Below are positions 27,118 to 40,153 of a stretch of 64,000 nucleotides of DNA, in pieces. Every line of letters starts with the position of its first letter. The stretch's first letter is position 1. The DNA comes from Felis catus. Its lineage: Eukaryota. Below the pieces are notes generated by a model. The model was given only the letters and a program-made list of their open reading frames with translations. It was not told the DNA's origin and did no database searches. A program made the position numbers and the translations under genes. Where the stretch lies: positions 113,896,001 through 113,960,000 of the forward strand of contig NC_058368.1 of the NCBI RefSeq assembly GCF_018350175.1. Reading direction: 5' to 3'.

Positions 27118-28616
27118 GACACTAATTCTTTAAGAGGCCTAACCAATTTCTTCCTGACCTGTATCTAAACTGTGGGCCATTTCCCTGAAAACTCCACTAG
27201 CGTTCCTTAAGAAGGCACTGGAATTCTTGAGAAGTAGAAATGTATTTACCAGCTAAGAAAGCAAAGATTCAGAAAAGTCCACTAACCAGCAATTTGGTGG
27301 AAAACTGCGCTAGAACTCAAAAGTCATCTCTCTTCTCCTTAGAGTGGGTCTGTCCTGGAAGGTTGCTTACCTGGGTCACAGAAGCTGCCCATGGTGACAG
27401 CCGGACTCTGGGTCTCAACGGGGAATACAATAAACGGACTATCTGCTCACAGGCTTAGCTCTGACCCCTGACACCTCCATGTGGAAGCAACAGGTGACTG
27501 TGCGGGGCGTACTCCTGGGTGCCTTCACGCTATCTTGGTGGGGAGTCGGGGGGAGGGAGGGAGGTGGGAGGGGTTCTACCCAAAGAACTTGTGATTTTGT
27601 AACTCCTACCAGATCCTTTTGTCTTCCCTCAATTAACAGGAATTTCCAAAACTACATGAAGGAAAAACAGGAGAGAAAATGGCAAAGATCCATGTATCCT
27701 TTGACCTCTCTCGTTCTCACATTTGTCCCTCTTCTCTGGAAAAATATGAAAATTATTCCTATAACCTTGGCTGGCTCAGGGCAGTGTCCAGCTCCAGTCT
27801 GCCTTTTCATTCCCTCAGGGAGTGTCTGCTTAGCACCTCCACAGTGCCTCTGGTGGCTCTGTGACACAGAGATGACTGAGGTAGCCCCGTAGCCCTCAAG
27901 GAGTTTGAGGCTAGAGGAGGAGAAAGGCATGAGCAGGCACAAGTGATGTAGGAGGAAGAATGGTATGTGAGCCCTAGGAGAAGGCCAGAGAGGGCCAAGG
28001 GGGCTGGGAATGCCTGGAAGCAAGAGGCAACTCCATTCTCAGCCCCTGCTACGTACCAAGCTCCAGATCACACAACCACCCAGACCATTATGGGTCCTGG
28101 GAAGAGCCTCCCCTTGAGAAAGGCCCCAGTCCACAGTGAGCAGCAGTAGTAGCAGGAGTAACAGTATAGTGGCAATAATAATAGCAGCAATAATCATATC
28201 TTACAGGAATGAACACTTCCTGTGGGCTGAGAACTTTTCACGTGGCATCTGATTTCATTCTCAGAACAACTCTAGAAGATGCTATACTATCATTACCCCC
28301 TCTTATAGGTGAGAAGACTAAGACATAGAGAAGATCTTTTACTCATTCCTCCAACAAAATGTTTTTGTTTATGTGTCTACCGTGAACCCGATACTACACT
28401 GGCAGTGACCATAAGACAGAAAATCCGTACCTGTAAATGGTACATACATCCTGGTGGGAGGCAGATAACTTGCCCAAAGTCACTCAGCTTGTTAGAGCCA
28501 TAGCAGCAGGATTGGAACCCAGCCACTCTGACTGCAAAACCTGTACTTTCAAACTCCCGACAAGCAAACTGACCAGATTTAGCCACAGTCCCTTATAATT
28601 ATCATTATTAAAACAC

Positions 28617-29900
28617 CACATTCACCCTATTTTAAGATACATAGTTTTTTTGCATTTTAATATTTGAAATCCGGCTGCCTTTTTTAATATATGCTGAAAG
28701 ATCCCTGTGGGCTGTAGGCAAAGAAGTCATAATATAGCTGATTTGCTGTTCAAGCACAGATTCAGCTGAATACAGGTTATTTCGTTACTAGTGCAATTCA
28801 GTTTTCTGCAAGTGTTAACATTAAACACAGTTGAATTTTAGCTTAAATTAAGATCCCTGATAATATTTCAAATATATTCCAATAAGTTCACTATAATTTG
28901 ATATTGAAAGAAAAAGTTATTGCACATGCAAGACATTGCATATTATGAAAAGTAACTAAAGGAAGTAGAAATCACCAAATTTCCTGGAGATCACAGAATT
29001 TTCAAAGCCTAAAGAGCTCACATTCAAACAACAAACATCTAATTGTCAAAACTTCCAGCTATTTAACTTCTAACAATATGTAATCAATTAAGGTAAAATG
29101 AAACTATGGGTTTCACCAGAGAGAAATCTCAGGCCAAATCCCACTGCTCTACGATAAGCCTCAAAATTATACTGTCAACCTTGGGAGTGCCTGGCTGGCT
29201 CAGTTGGTGGAGTGTGCAACTCCTGACATTGGAGTGAGTTCAAGGCCTATGTTGGGTGGAAAGATTACTTAAAAATAAAACATAAAAAAATAAATAAATA
29301 AACTGCCAGCCTAAAATGTACCAAATGGGGGCACCTGGGTGGCTCAGTCAGTTAAGCATCCGTCTCTTGATTTTGGCTCAGGTCATGATTTCACTGTTCA
29401 TGAGTTCGAGCTCAGCGTCGGGGTGGATAGTGTAGAGCCTGCTTAGGATGCTCTCTCTGCCCCTTCCCTGCTCATGCATGCGATCTCTCTCTCTCCCTCT
29501 CTCTCAAAATAAATAAACATTTAAAAAAATAAAAGTAAAAGGTACCAAAGGGATCAAGATCATCAGAAATCCACTTTATGAAAAGCAGCACATAACTCTG
29601 AAGTTACATATAACTTCTGAGAACCAAATATAACACACAACTTCATTAATGTGAAAAATACCCATACTCCAAACTCTAATACACAGAACAAGCAACTCAT
29701 CATATGTAGGCATATGAATGAATGAGAGCCACTGCAGACAATGTTTTAAGTATGTAGATTTAATGCCATGCTTCTTTGCTTCTGGAAAGATACATTTAAC
29801 TCCATGGCTTATTTTACCATTATCAGTGGCAAAACTGATACCATCACCATTGTCAATGGTGCCTCAAAACAAAGGACTATGCTAATTACACTGATAGCCA
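28617..29900. mobile_element. Probable ancient TcMar (Kanga-like) DNA transposon relic, interrupted by two SINECs (~29184-29530)
   Basis: ttttaagatacatagtttttttgcattttaatatt and atattgaaagaaaaagttattgcacatgca resemble Kanga/Tc2 relics (family uncertain); the SINE heads at ~29184 and ~29327 are clear. Confidence 0.45.
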
Positions 29901-32160
29901 CCATTTATGTACCTGTCAAACAATATACTTGATTTTTTTTTATCTGTGATCCTCATAACTCTATAAGGGAGGTACTCTTACTATTCCCATTTTACATGTA
30001 AGGAAATTAAAGTTCAAAGAGACCAGTGACTTCTGAAAAATCACAGAGCCAGTAAGCATCAAGTCGAACACAGAACCAGGTATGCCTAAGTCCAAAGCCC
30101 AACTGGTTTCCAGGGCACTAAAAAGCCTGGCCCCACTGACAACCCACCTCTACCACCACCCTGGCACTTAACAAGGATAGATAAGCTCTCACCTGAAGAA
30201 AGCTTACTATGATCTAGAGCAGGATGGATGGGCCAGCAGGAGCTAAAGTGGCAGGGTACCCCCCCTCTCAAGCCAAATACTCCCAGGTTGATTCAAATCC
30301 TGCTGCTTATATGGCTATTTAAATTTTCTCAGACTATACCTAAGGATATACGCAAGCAGAGCCCAAACTGACCAACTGCACCGACAACCACATGGTCAGT
30401 CAACTAACTAGTTCATTCCATCAAATTGTGCCAATTGAGTAGTACAATCCAGAGAAGACGTTAAACAGGCTTGGCAAGAAGTCTTTGCTGCTGAGGCTGG
30501 GGCGAAAGGTGCTCACCGGCTGGCCAGAGGCATTCTTTACGCTGAAGGTGATATTTTACATCAGTTAATGGAAACAGAAGCCTCACTGAGCCTGAGGGAG
30601 CGTCCAGCTTGTTGTGCCTTCTGGAAATCTCTCTGAAGTCTTCGGGCAGCCCATGGATTCAGTAAACAAATGCTTTTCTTCTTGATCTAACTTTTGCAGG
30701 ACAACAGGCTGGGGCTTATGATTCCACCCCATTCTCTGGACACATGCCCCTTGGATATTCATCTCCAGTGTAAAATCCTTTGCAAGAACTTTTCCTTAAA
30801 TATTTTCCTCAGAAAAGGATTTCAAGCTTGGATACTATGAATGGACTAAGACAATCCAAGAAACATTTACTGAGCATCTCTGAGGATGCAGAGGAGAATA
30901 AGATGTGGTTGCTACCATCTAGAAAATTACAGTTGAATGAAGGAGGTAAGATGGGCTCAGAACTAATTACAATTAAAAGCAGAACAAGGTGAGTGTTATC
31001 CAGGAACACAGAAGAGAAAGGAATTAATTCCAGATGCGTGGTCCATAATAAAATCAGCTAACAGTGAATGAGCACCTACTAGGGCCCAGGTATGATACCA
31101 GACATTTTACACACCCTATCCCATTTAATCCCCACAATCACCCTGTGGAATATGCTCTATTACTACATTCACTCTCTATGTGAGTAAACAGATGGAGAAG
31201 CAAAGTATTTCACCCAAGGTCACCAACTAGTTTGTAAATACTAGCAATGAGATTTGGACCCTACTGGCCAACACCAAAGTTCACGTTATTTTCAGTACAG
31301 TAGACTACATCTCCTGCAGTAAAGTTCTTCCTGGTAGAAATAGAATGGGAACTGGTTTGGAATTCACCCAGGTGAAGACGGAAGGGGAGAATAGTCCAAG
31401 CAGAGGGTCAGTGAGAGAGAAGGCCTAGAGGTAGAATAGATCTGCAGTCACGGTGCAGCTAAATCTGTGGGCAGAAGTTAAGCCTGCAGCACAAAGGAAG
31501 TGGTGCATGGTCAGCGAGTTAGGGAACTAAGTATCAAGAGACTTAAGGTCTAGTTTTGCAATGGCCACTGACTGCATGATCCCCCGCAGATCCTATTCCC
31601 TCTCTGGGCCTCAGTTTCCTCATCAGTAAAAGTTTCAATCCCCTATTAGATGTTCCCCAAAGGCCTGCTCTGGCGTAAATGCTCAATGATGCTCCCAAGA
31701 AGCCAGGTGAGACAGTGGTTAAGACCAGGTGACTGGGAGACCCCAACTCTGCAGTGACCAGCTGAGTGAACTCAGACAAGCTAATTAATTCCTCCAAGTT
31801 AATCTTCCTCATCTGTAATGTGGGGGCTATAGCAATGCCTGCTTCATAGGTTGTAGTGAAGGCTGAGAGAACTACAGAGAATAAGGCACTTAGCAGAGGG
31901 CGTAGGAAACTCTAAACATCAAGTTAATGGAGGCAGATTTGTCACCATCATCATCACCACTGTTATTTCTTTCTCAAAGTGTCCAGACACCAAAGGTAGT
32001 AGTCATGGGCCAGAAGGCCCTTTTCTAATTATTTAAAAGGACAAAAAATAAGATACTTTTTTGCCACTGAAGACGAAAAAAATATCTCACCAAACCACAA
32101 CTCCCTCCCACAACCGCCTCATGCGTGAGGCTCCTGTTTCACCAAAGGCCCATGCCATAC

Positions 32161-32270
32161 CTTCTCCTCTGAAGAAACGGTCAGCTTGTCACTGGATATC
32201 AAGCTGCACACCTGGTCCAGACTGAGGCTAAGAAATTCTTCCCCCAGCATCACCTCTGGAAAGTGCTGCT
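32161..32270 (-). CDS. KLHL3: KLHL3 coding exon (exon 6 equivalent), BACK domain: EQHFPEVMLGEEFLSLSLDQVCSLISSDKLTVSSEEK
   Basis: Acceptor tttttggaacag|AGC, donor AAG|GTATGG; 110 nt; frame consistent. Confidence 0.97.
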
Positions 32271-32277
32271 CTGTTCC

Positions 32278-32302
32278 AAAAAAAAACAAAAAACAAAAAA
32301 AC

Positions 32303-32356
<54 letters not shown>

Positions 32357-32382
32357 AAAAAAACAAAAAAAACAAAAAAAAA
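32278..32382. repeat. (CA)23 microsatellite (32307-32352) embedded in (CAn) runs; reads as TG/poly-T on the gene strand
   Basis: Counted directly; abuts the exon 6 acceptor. Confidence 0.95.
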
Positions 32383-33747
32383 CAGAAGTTCAGAAAACAA
32401 AGTTACAACACTCTTCCTGCCCTTCCATGAACCACGGCCATGGCAATCTGTGAAATTATAGCGGAGTCCTGGGGACTCTGGGGGTGGGCATGAGGAATAA
32501 GGACACACAGAGAAAGACACTACATCCTGGCTGAAGGGAAACTAGCCTCTTAATGTGGCAGCAAAGACATCCCTCTGTATGATCCTCCCTCCCAAACATT
32601 GCCATAGATGAAAAGGGGGCAGAGAGACGTTAGGTTATATTTTCTTCCATGCTCCATGAGATTAATAATGGCGTTGCAGAAAAGCTTCACTGGGACCTGC
32701 CTACTTAATTGAGCTCATTTGCCCTCAAGGCGCAAGCTGGCAGATTTGCACACTGTGCCCCCTGCAGCTCAGCCAAACAAAAGTGGGTCAAAACTGCTGT
32801 GTGGCTGGAAGTCTCTGGAGGTTCTGGTACAAAGTCAACATTTCAAGGCTGGCAGAAGGCATCATCCTTCATGTCCCAAGCCAAGCCTACTACAGTCTCT
32901 GATTCACAAGGAGGCCTGACTCAGCATCTGTCCTGACATGTTGCCCCCCACCACCAGGAGGAACAGTCTGTGACAGGCGGGCCAGTGGAGACCATTAAGA
33001 TAGAGGAGAATTTGGGAACAGCTAGAATGAGACAAAACACACAGGCCAGATGTCCATGCAGGGAAAATGCCAAGGACAATTCCTACCCTGAGATTTGCCC
33101 AGGCTACCATCCTGCTATTAGAGAGACAGTAAAATGTCAGCATAAGAGTGTGCACTTCAGAAGGAAGGAACCTAGATTTGAATTCTGACTTTTCCATTTG
33201 CAAACTGTGTTCCTGAGCCAACAGCATCACCATGCTAGGTCTCACTATCCCTCTGTAGAATGGGGACACGACAGCTTGTTTTGCCTCCCTCCTGTACTGT
33301 GATGGAAAAGGAAGTGTCAAAGTATTTTTGCAAGCTCTGCCAAGGTAAAGTGGCCCATGAGCTGACAATTCCTGGTGCAGCAGGTTCTGGAATTGGGCCC
33401 TTTGGCAATTGCCCCAGGCTGGCCTCCATTCTCAGTCCTCTAGGGGTTCTACCCCATTGCCCCAAGGAGTATCTGCACTCCCTGCCCTCCGGGCTCCAGG
33501 CCTCCCCTCTTCTTTCTCTGCTGGCCTCTCTCTAGCCTTGTAGCTTCTTGGATAAATCTATATGGCCATACCTCCCTGTTCCCATAGAGGGCTACCCACC
33601 CTTGGTTTCGCTAGCCCCTCTAGTGAGGTTCAGAGTCCTTCCATCCCTGGGAAGCAACCCTGCTGCAGCCATATAATGAAAAGGAAATCAGAGCATGCTA
33701 AACTCTGTTCTTACATTCATCACCTTCTCAAAAGCAAACAAAGAAAG

Positions 33748-33960
33748 GGCACCTGAGTGGTGCAGTCAGTTAAGCATCCAACTCTTGATTTCAGCTCAGG
33801 TCACAGTCTCAAGGTTCGTGGATTTGAGCCCTGCATGGGGCTCCATGCTGACAGTGCAGAGCCTTCTTGGGACTCTCTCTTTCTCTCTCTCTCTTTCTCC
33901 CTCTCTCTCTCCCCTTCCTGAGCACTCTCTGTCAAAATAAATAAACTTAAAAAAAAAATT
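33748..33960 (+). mobile_element. SINEC
   Basis: Head, CT-rich linker and A tail. Confidence 0.85.
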
Positions 33961-36148
33961 TTAAGCCAAACAAGGAAGATTTACATAATTTCTTACAAAA
34001 ATCATTTTAAACTTTAAGTTGAAATACTTTCGGACCCAAAGAATTCCCACATACCCTTCATCCAGAGCCTCCAAATGTCCATATTTTACTCTCAGACATC
34101 CAGTTATAAACCATCTTGTCTATCTTTCACTGGACAAAGGGGCTCCCCACTTGTTCCCTACCAGCCTAATGTATCACTGAGCCTATAGTTAAAGCTCGTC
34201 CATCATGAAGCTCAGGAATGTTTGGACATGACAAAATAAATTTAAAAGGCAGATCCTTTACGAAGAGAAGCAAATGCCATAAAGTGAGAAGAATCTTGTC
34301 TTCCTTCTCCATATGTCAACAGGAAACAGCCTTTAGTTAAAGCTTAGATTTTAGGTTAGACGTTCAAAAGACTTCCCTAACTGTGGGAATATTTAAGACT
34401 ACATGGCACTATTTTTAAAGCATTCATTCCTCAAGATTTTTAAATAAAAGCAAGTGAACAATCTCCTTTGGATGGTGGGAATTAGTTCTTGGCCTTGAGG
34501 CCTGAGAAAGCAACAGGATTCTCCCTACAGGCCCTTTCTGATCCAAGAAATCTTTGGACCAGAGACCTCCATCTGTTGGCAACAGCAAGAAATAGTGGAG
34601 AGAAAAAGCAGTCACCACACTAAAATAAAATGCAGGACATCTAGACTCTGTGGATCAGCCAAGGCTGAGCTCAGCAGGAGAGTTCAGGCAAACCAGCACC
34701 ACATCCCTGTGGCCCAGAGCCACACACAGCCTTTCTACCTTTATCTTTGGCTGACCAAAACCCTGACATTTGGAGGAGAGAAAAGAAGAAAGAGAACAGG
34801 AGGAGGTAAGAAGTTAAAATCTGGGGTGTGAAAAGTACTTCCTCATAGCTCATAAAGCCGAAAGTAGATGCGCCTGCATTTTGAAAAGGAAGAAGATGAA
34901 GTGCAGCGATGTGTATTCTAGGTGGCTTGGTGAACAATGCAGAAATTCTAAAAGATCAATCAAGGCAGCAAACAGCCCCCACACTTCCCATCTATCACCC
35001 TCTGGGGCACTGCAGAATTTGAATCTAAGTCCCTTCATTCTGAAGTGGGCTGCTGCTTAGCCCATCTGGAACCTCCCACTGAAACCCCTCCAGAAATCCT
35101 CCCACCAGAAGCAGCAGCTGGTAGGGAGAGGGTAGCAGCTCCCCACCAAGGCTGGGACCCTGGGACCCAGGAGACTTGCAGGGCATGAGCAGGAAAACAC
35201 AGAGAAAGGAAGCAAAGAGGGAAACTTCTTCCCTTCCCCTTCTGTCTAAGGAGACAGGGTTGAGTCCCCAGAGCCTGGGGATCAAACCCACCCCCCCCCC
35301 TTTCTGTTAGCAACACACAAGAAACCATAAGATAGAACAGCAGGAACAGGGTGCTCCGTCCAACTTGACTTCCTGGGAGACAGAAGCTCCCCAGCAGACT
35401 TTGTATTCAAATCAGCCCTCTCCCCAGCTGCTTCCGAGAAAGAAACACCTCTGCTCCCAGACGGTACCTCCTATGAGAATCTTCTACCTTTAACACTTGT
35501 TTGTTTGTGGATTCTTTGTTTGCTTTGCCTTGCTGTATTAAAGGAGAACATAGTCAAGAATCTTGGCTAAGAATGACAAGGCCTGGGTATAAGTCCTAAC
35601 TCCACCTCTTATTATCACTTCTTTCTAGGCTTTTGCTTCATCATCCATTAAATGGGACTATAATAGCTGACTTACGTCTCAAGGTTGTTTTGAAGCTAGG
35701 AGACGATAATATGGTTATTACTATGGTTAATAATTCTTAACCATCCTTTTTGAGATGAAGGATGAACATTATATCAGCCCACATTTCTACTTCGCAAAGT
35801 CCAGTTCTGTGGGCAGCTCTGCTCTCCAACAGAGAAGCTTTTCCTCCATTATCAGAGACATCCCTTGGGATTGCAGGTCCTGTCTGTGAACCGCCAAAGC
35901 CCTTAGAGACCCACTTTAATTCCATCAAGTTCAACAAACTTTCTACTGATATGTTATTCAATTTCTTTAAGCCTACAGTTTTCTCATCTTTTAAATGGGG
36001 CTAATAATACTACCTATCTCACAAAGGTATATGGGCGTTAAATAAGCAAATATAGGTAACTCACATTGACTGAAATCCTTGCAAGTGCTCCATAGCTGTT
36101 AATGTATAATGTGCCAGATGCAGTGTTTCTTCAGAAATGAAATAAGCC

Positions 36149-36375
36149 GGGGGGCGCCTGGGTGGCTCAGTCGGTTAAGCATCCGACTTCGGCTCAGGTC
36201 ATGATCTCACGGTCCGTGAGTTCGAGCCCCGCGTCGGGCTCTGGGCTGACAGCTCAGGGCCTGGAGCCTGCTTCAGATTCTGTGTCTCCCTCTCTCTCTG
36301 ACCCTCCCCCGTTCATGCTTTGTCTCTCTCTGTCTCAAAAATAAATAAACATTAAAAAAAAATTTTTTTTAAAAA
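36149..36375 (+). mobile_element. SINEC_Fc-type SINE
   Basis: ggggcgcctgggtggctcagtcggttaagcatccgacttcggctcagg...aataaataaacattaaaaaa. Confidence 0.92.
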
Positions 36376-38204
36376 TGAAGAAAGCGGAGCCAACGCCTAC
36401 AAGGAGCCTACTGGCTTCTAAGAGGGGTAAGACAAGACATCAGTAACTCCAACCCCAAGTCCACACCGTCATGACTGGGAGAAGCACTCGAAATACAAAT
36501 AACAGCATGGAAGCAGGAAAATTCAGACCATGTGTAGACAACAGCAATAGCTCAGGCTAGCTAGAGCCGAGGCTATATCTTCACTCATCTAACACATGTT
36601 TACAGAACAAGTACAAAGTATGAAAAACTGTGCCAGACTCCAGGAGATGCAGTAGAGAGGCAGTCAGGCTAGAACTTGGGGGACAGGTGGGGTATGCAGG
36701 GCGTGTGGGCTAGCCCCTCGAAGGTGAACTCTCCAATAATCAACTCTAACTCTTCTAGTCTTTTTGCTTATGTTTTCTTAAAGAGAAGTGGAAACAGAGA
36801 GAGGGTAAAAAAGTTCTTTTGGTTAACATTCCTAATTAACCAGCCTTTACCATAAGTGACAAACACTGTAAGTTGCAAGTTTGATTTAATGAAACACAGT
36901 ATGCCTGTTCCTGTATATTTGGATGAGAAATTATGGAAAAGTGAAGGGACACCAGAGAATTTCAACTCCTTTCCCCACCAAGCAACACACACGTCTCTTT
37001 CCAAAGGTGAAAGCATGAGAAAAGACTTGCTCTGGGCACAAAGTTGGATCTTTTCAAGGAAGCAGTAGAAAGTTGAGGGCATTTCCTAATAGTAGCTAAC
37101 ACTGTGCTAGGCATTTTACATATATTGTGGCACTTACTTCTCCAAAAGCCCTGCCAAAGTATCAATATTCACATTTTACAAATAAAGAGATAGAAGCTCA
37201 AGAAGTTATTTAGTCATGTGCTTACAATCACGCAGCAGTAAGTGGTAGAGCCAGGTTTTGAAACCAAGGCTGTATGATTACAACAGCAAACATTCTTCGT
37301 CCCCACGATCGTAATAATTTGTCCTAAGCAGGCCTCTGTAGTAACACTCAATATTGACATTGGAGCACCCGAAGAATCTGTCTTAGGGTTACTACCACAG
37401 AGAGACAAAGAGAATATGAATCTAAAGAACTTTCTTTAAAAACAACCTTAGGAGAGGCGTGTTCTGAACATTCTGGCATCATTCCTGGATTCAAATCTCA
37501 GACCTAACCCTTGAATTGAGATTCTTCCCTAATCCGCCTACCCACCACCAGGCTAGATGAAGTGAGAGTCTTCTGTGTTTCCAAAGCCCCCAAAACAGAA
37601 AATAAAAATTATCATACCCCTAACAGACCCATTGTATCGTCTGAGGTCTTTCTTTCATACCGGGACTGTGCATCCCATGAGGGCAGGGTCTACCTTGTTT
37701 GAGTTTGCCTTGTTTGAAACTGAATTCTCAGTGTCAAGCACATCTGCATATATTGTGCTTCCCTACCCATTCTTCAGGATCGACTGCCTAGGGCTTGCGC
37801 AACCTCCCAAGTTAATTCCAAACCCATTCCAACCTTTTGATGGGATGAAATAAACCTTTAATCAGGTTCATCTAAACTACAAGCCCAGAACAAATGGAAC
37901 TGAAAATCCATCTACGACTTCTCTGACCTGCAGAGATGAAATAAACCCCATTATTCCAGGCCCAGCAGCCCCAGGGAACAGGCATGAGTAACTCTGACCT
38001 GAACCACTGGTCATACCCTCCCATCCCCACCCCCCAAGAAAAGACTGGTTGACACAGGTGAACACACAAACAGGATCAAAACATTTTATCAGGGTAAAAC
38101 AACAAAACAGAACTGCTTTACATCTCTCTCTCCCCTACTGCCCTATTTTTTGGAGGGCAGAAGTAAGCTTTCCTGAATCAGGATTTGGCTTTCAAGGCCC
38201 ACAG

Positions 38205-38382
38205 TTTTAGCAAAGTACAAAAATTTAAAGCATTTCTTTCTTTAATTTTTGTAATTCTTTACTGTGGAATAGCTCAGAATGTCACTTCTGTTTTAAATAA
38301 CAGAATTGATAACTGAGCAAGGAAATGTAATTTGGATTATCAAATTCTTGCTTTAATAAAAATTCCTTAAATAGTGAAAAAA
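38205..38382 (+). pseudogene. 5'-truncated processed fragment of the PABPC1 mRNA 3' UTR end
   Basis: agcaaagtacaaaaatttaaagcatt...actgtggaatagctcagaatgtca...ctttaataaaaattccttaa matches my recollection of the PABPC1 3' terminus; AATAAA at 38355-38360 followed by an A-rich remnant. Confidence 0.8.
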
Positions 38383-38523
38383 GAAAGAGATCTACCTTAA
38401 CCATCTCCCACAAGGATCATGACCACCAGCCCTCAGACTCTAAATATCACTACTTCTCCCCTCCTTTCCCCATTGACTTCATTCTAGTTACATGTGTTAT
38501 CACTCCCCCTTTCTAATATGCAT

Positions 38524-38526
<3 letters not shown>

Positions 38527-38568
<42 letters not shown>
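38527..38568. repeat. (CA)21 microsatellite
   Basis: Counted directly. Confidence 0.95.
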
Positions 38569-38570
<2 letters not shown>

Positions 38571-39932
38571 AAGAAGCTACATGAAAAATGCCCATTTATC
38601 AGTGTTATTGATTCAACATCAGAATTCCCTGTTACCCAGAGCATAGAAGGATAGGGAGAGTTTCCTAAAAGAAACTTGTTCTCCAAAATGAGACATCTAG
38701 CAACAAAAACCACCTGCATCTTACACTACTGCTTCATTTGCCCCCCTCAAGTTAGCACAGAAAATTGGGGAGGCAGGAGTGAGACAAGCGTGATGGGCAG
38801 TGAGGCTGGACTGGGTGGATGTGAAAATAACTTGGGCTCAGAGCACAGGCTCCCGCATCAGACAGCCTCACTATGAATCCTGGCACTGTCACTTACGATG
38901 TGATCTTGGCCAAGATCACTAAACCTTTCTGGAGTGTCAGCTTCTTCATGTATAAATCGGAAAAATGGAAACTACCTCTCGTGGCCACGTGGCCAAAATG
39001 AAGTCATGCCTGGGAAACATGTAGCACCATGCCTGGCACCTAGCAAATGTTCAGCAAAATGGTAAAACCTCCTACGGTTACCGTTACCATCATTGTCATC
39101 ATTTCATGATGCCAAGTTGGAGGCAGCAATTCCAAAGACAACCCTCGCTGAGTCAGAGGTTCATGTTTTTTAAGTGATTTGTCAATGTTTTTTTTTTTTT
39201 GGTTGCCCTTAATTTAGTCACTTTGTTCCATGATTTCAAGTGACTCAGTCAAAAGAAGGCTATTTCTCTCCATGAACACGTGAAATCTGATGGCTTTTCC
39301 ATCCCATGGCTGAAGGACTATAGCTCAGCTTTGGCAGACTGATGTAAACAACATGTCCAAGGAATTTTAATTGGCATTTCATTAATGGGGTCCCATTAAT
39401 ATCCCTCCCAACCAGCTCTGCTGATGGCCCAGTACATGGCTGCCCAATTATCAAGCAACAGAGTCCCAATAAACCAGGGCCCTGGCCGACGAGGTTAAAG
39501 ATTAAGCAGCCCTGGAAACAATAATGATGGCTAAGAAACAGGCTGCACCAAACACCAGGGTCCCTTTCTCAGCTGCTAGCTACCCATCAGCTGGGGGCAA
39601 GGGTCAAAGCAGTCAGCTTCTAAATTGGGGGACAACCCTCCCCCACCCCAGAATCAAATATCACAGCCAAAATCTGGGGACATAACCTGGAGGGGGAAAG
39701 TGGACCTGGAGGAAGCAGGGGGGACTGCCACAGCAGGAAGAGACAGGGCCATTCCAAACAGGAAGCCAATCAGGCAGCTGGGGGGAGAGAGGTGATCCCC
39801 CTCTCAGAGCTATACTGTATCTGCCTCTTGGTGCCTTCACTAGAGGGCTCAAGACTTATCAGAGGCAAGAGCTCCCCTTAAAAATACTTTCATTTTTTGG
39901 AGAGCAATTGGGCAATATCTATCAATTTTTTT

Positions 39933-40153
39933 TTTAATATTTTTTTTCAACGTTTTTTATTTATTTTTGGGACAGAGAGAGACAGAGCATGAACGGGGGA
40001 GGGGCAGAGAGAGAGGGAGACACAGAATCGGAAACAGGCTCCAGGCTCCGAGCCATCAGCCCAGAGCCTGACGCGGGGCTCGAACTCACGGAGTGCGAGA
40101 TCGTGACCTGGCTGAAGTCGGACGCTTAACCGACTGCGCCACCCAGGCGCCCC
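39933..40153 (-). mobile_element. Young SINEC_Fc within old L1 fragments
   Basis: TSD tctatcaattttttt starting at 39918 and 40154. Confidence 0.95.
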
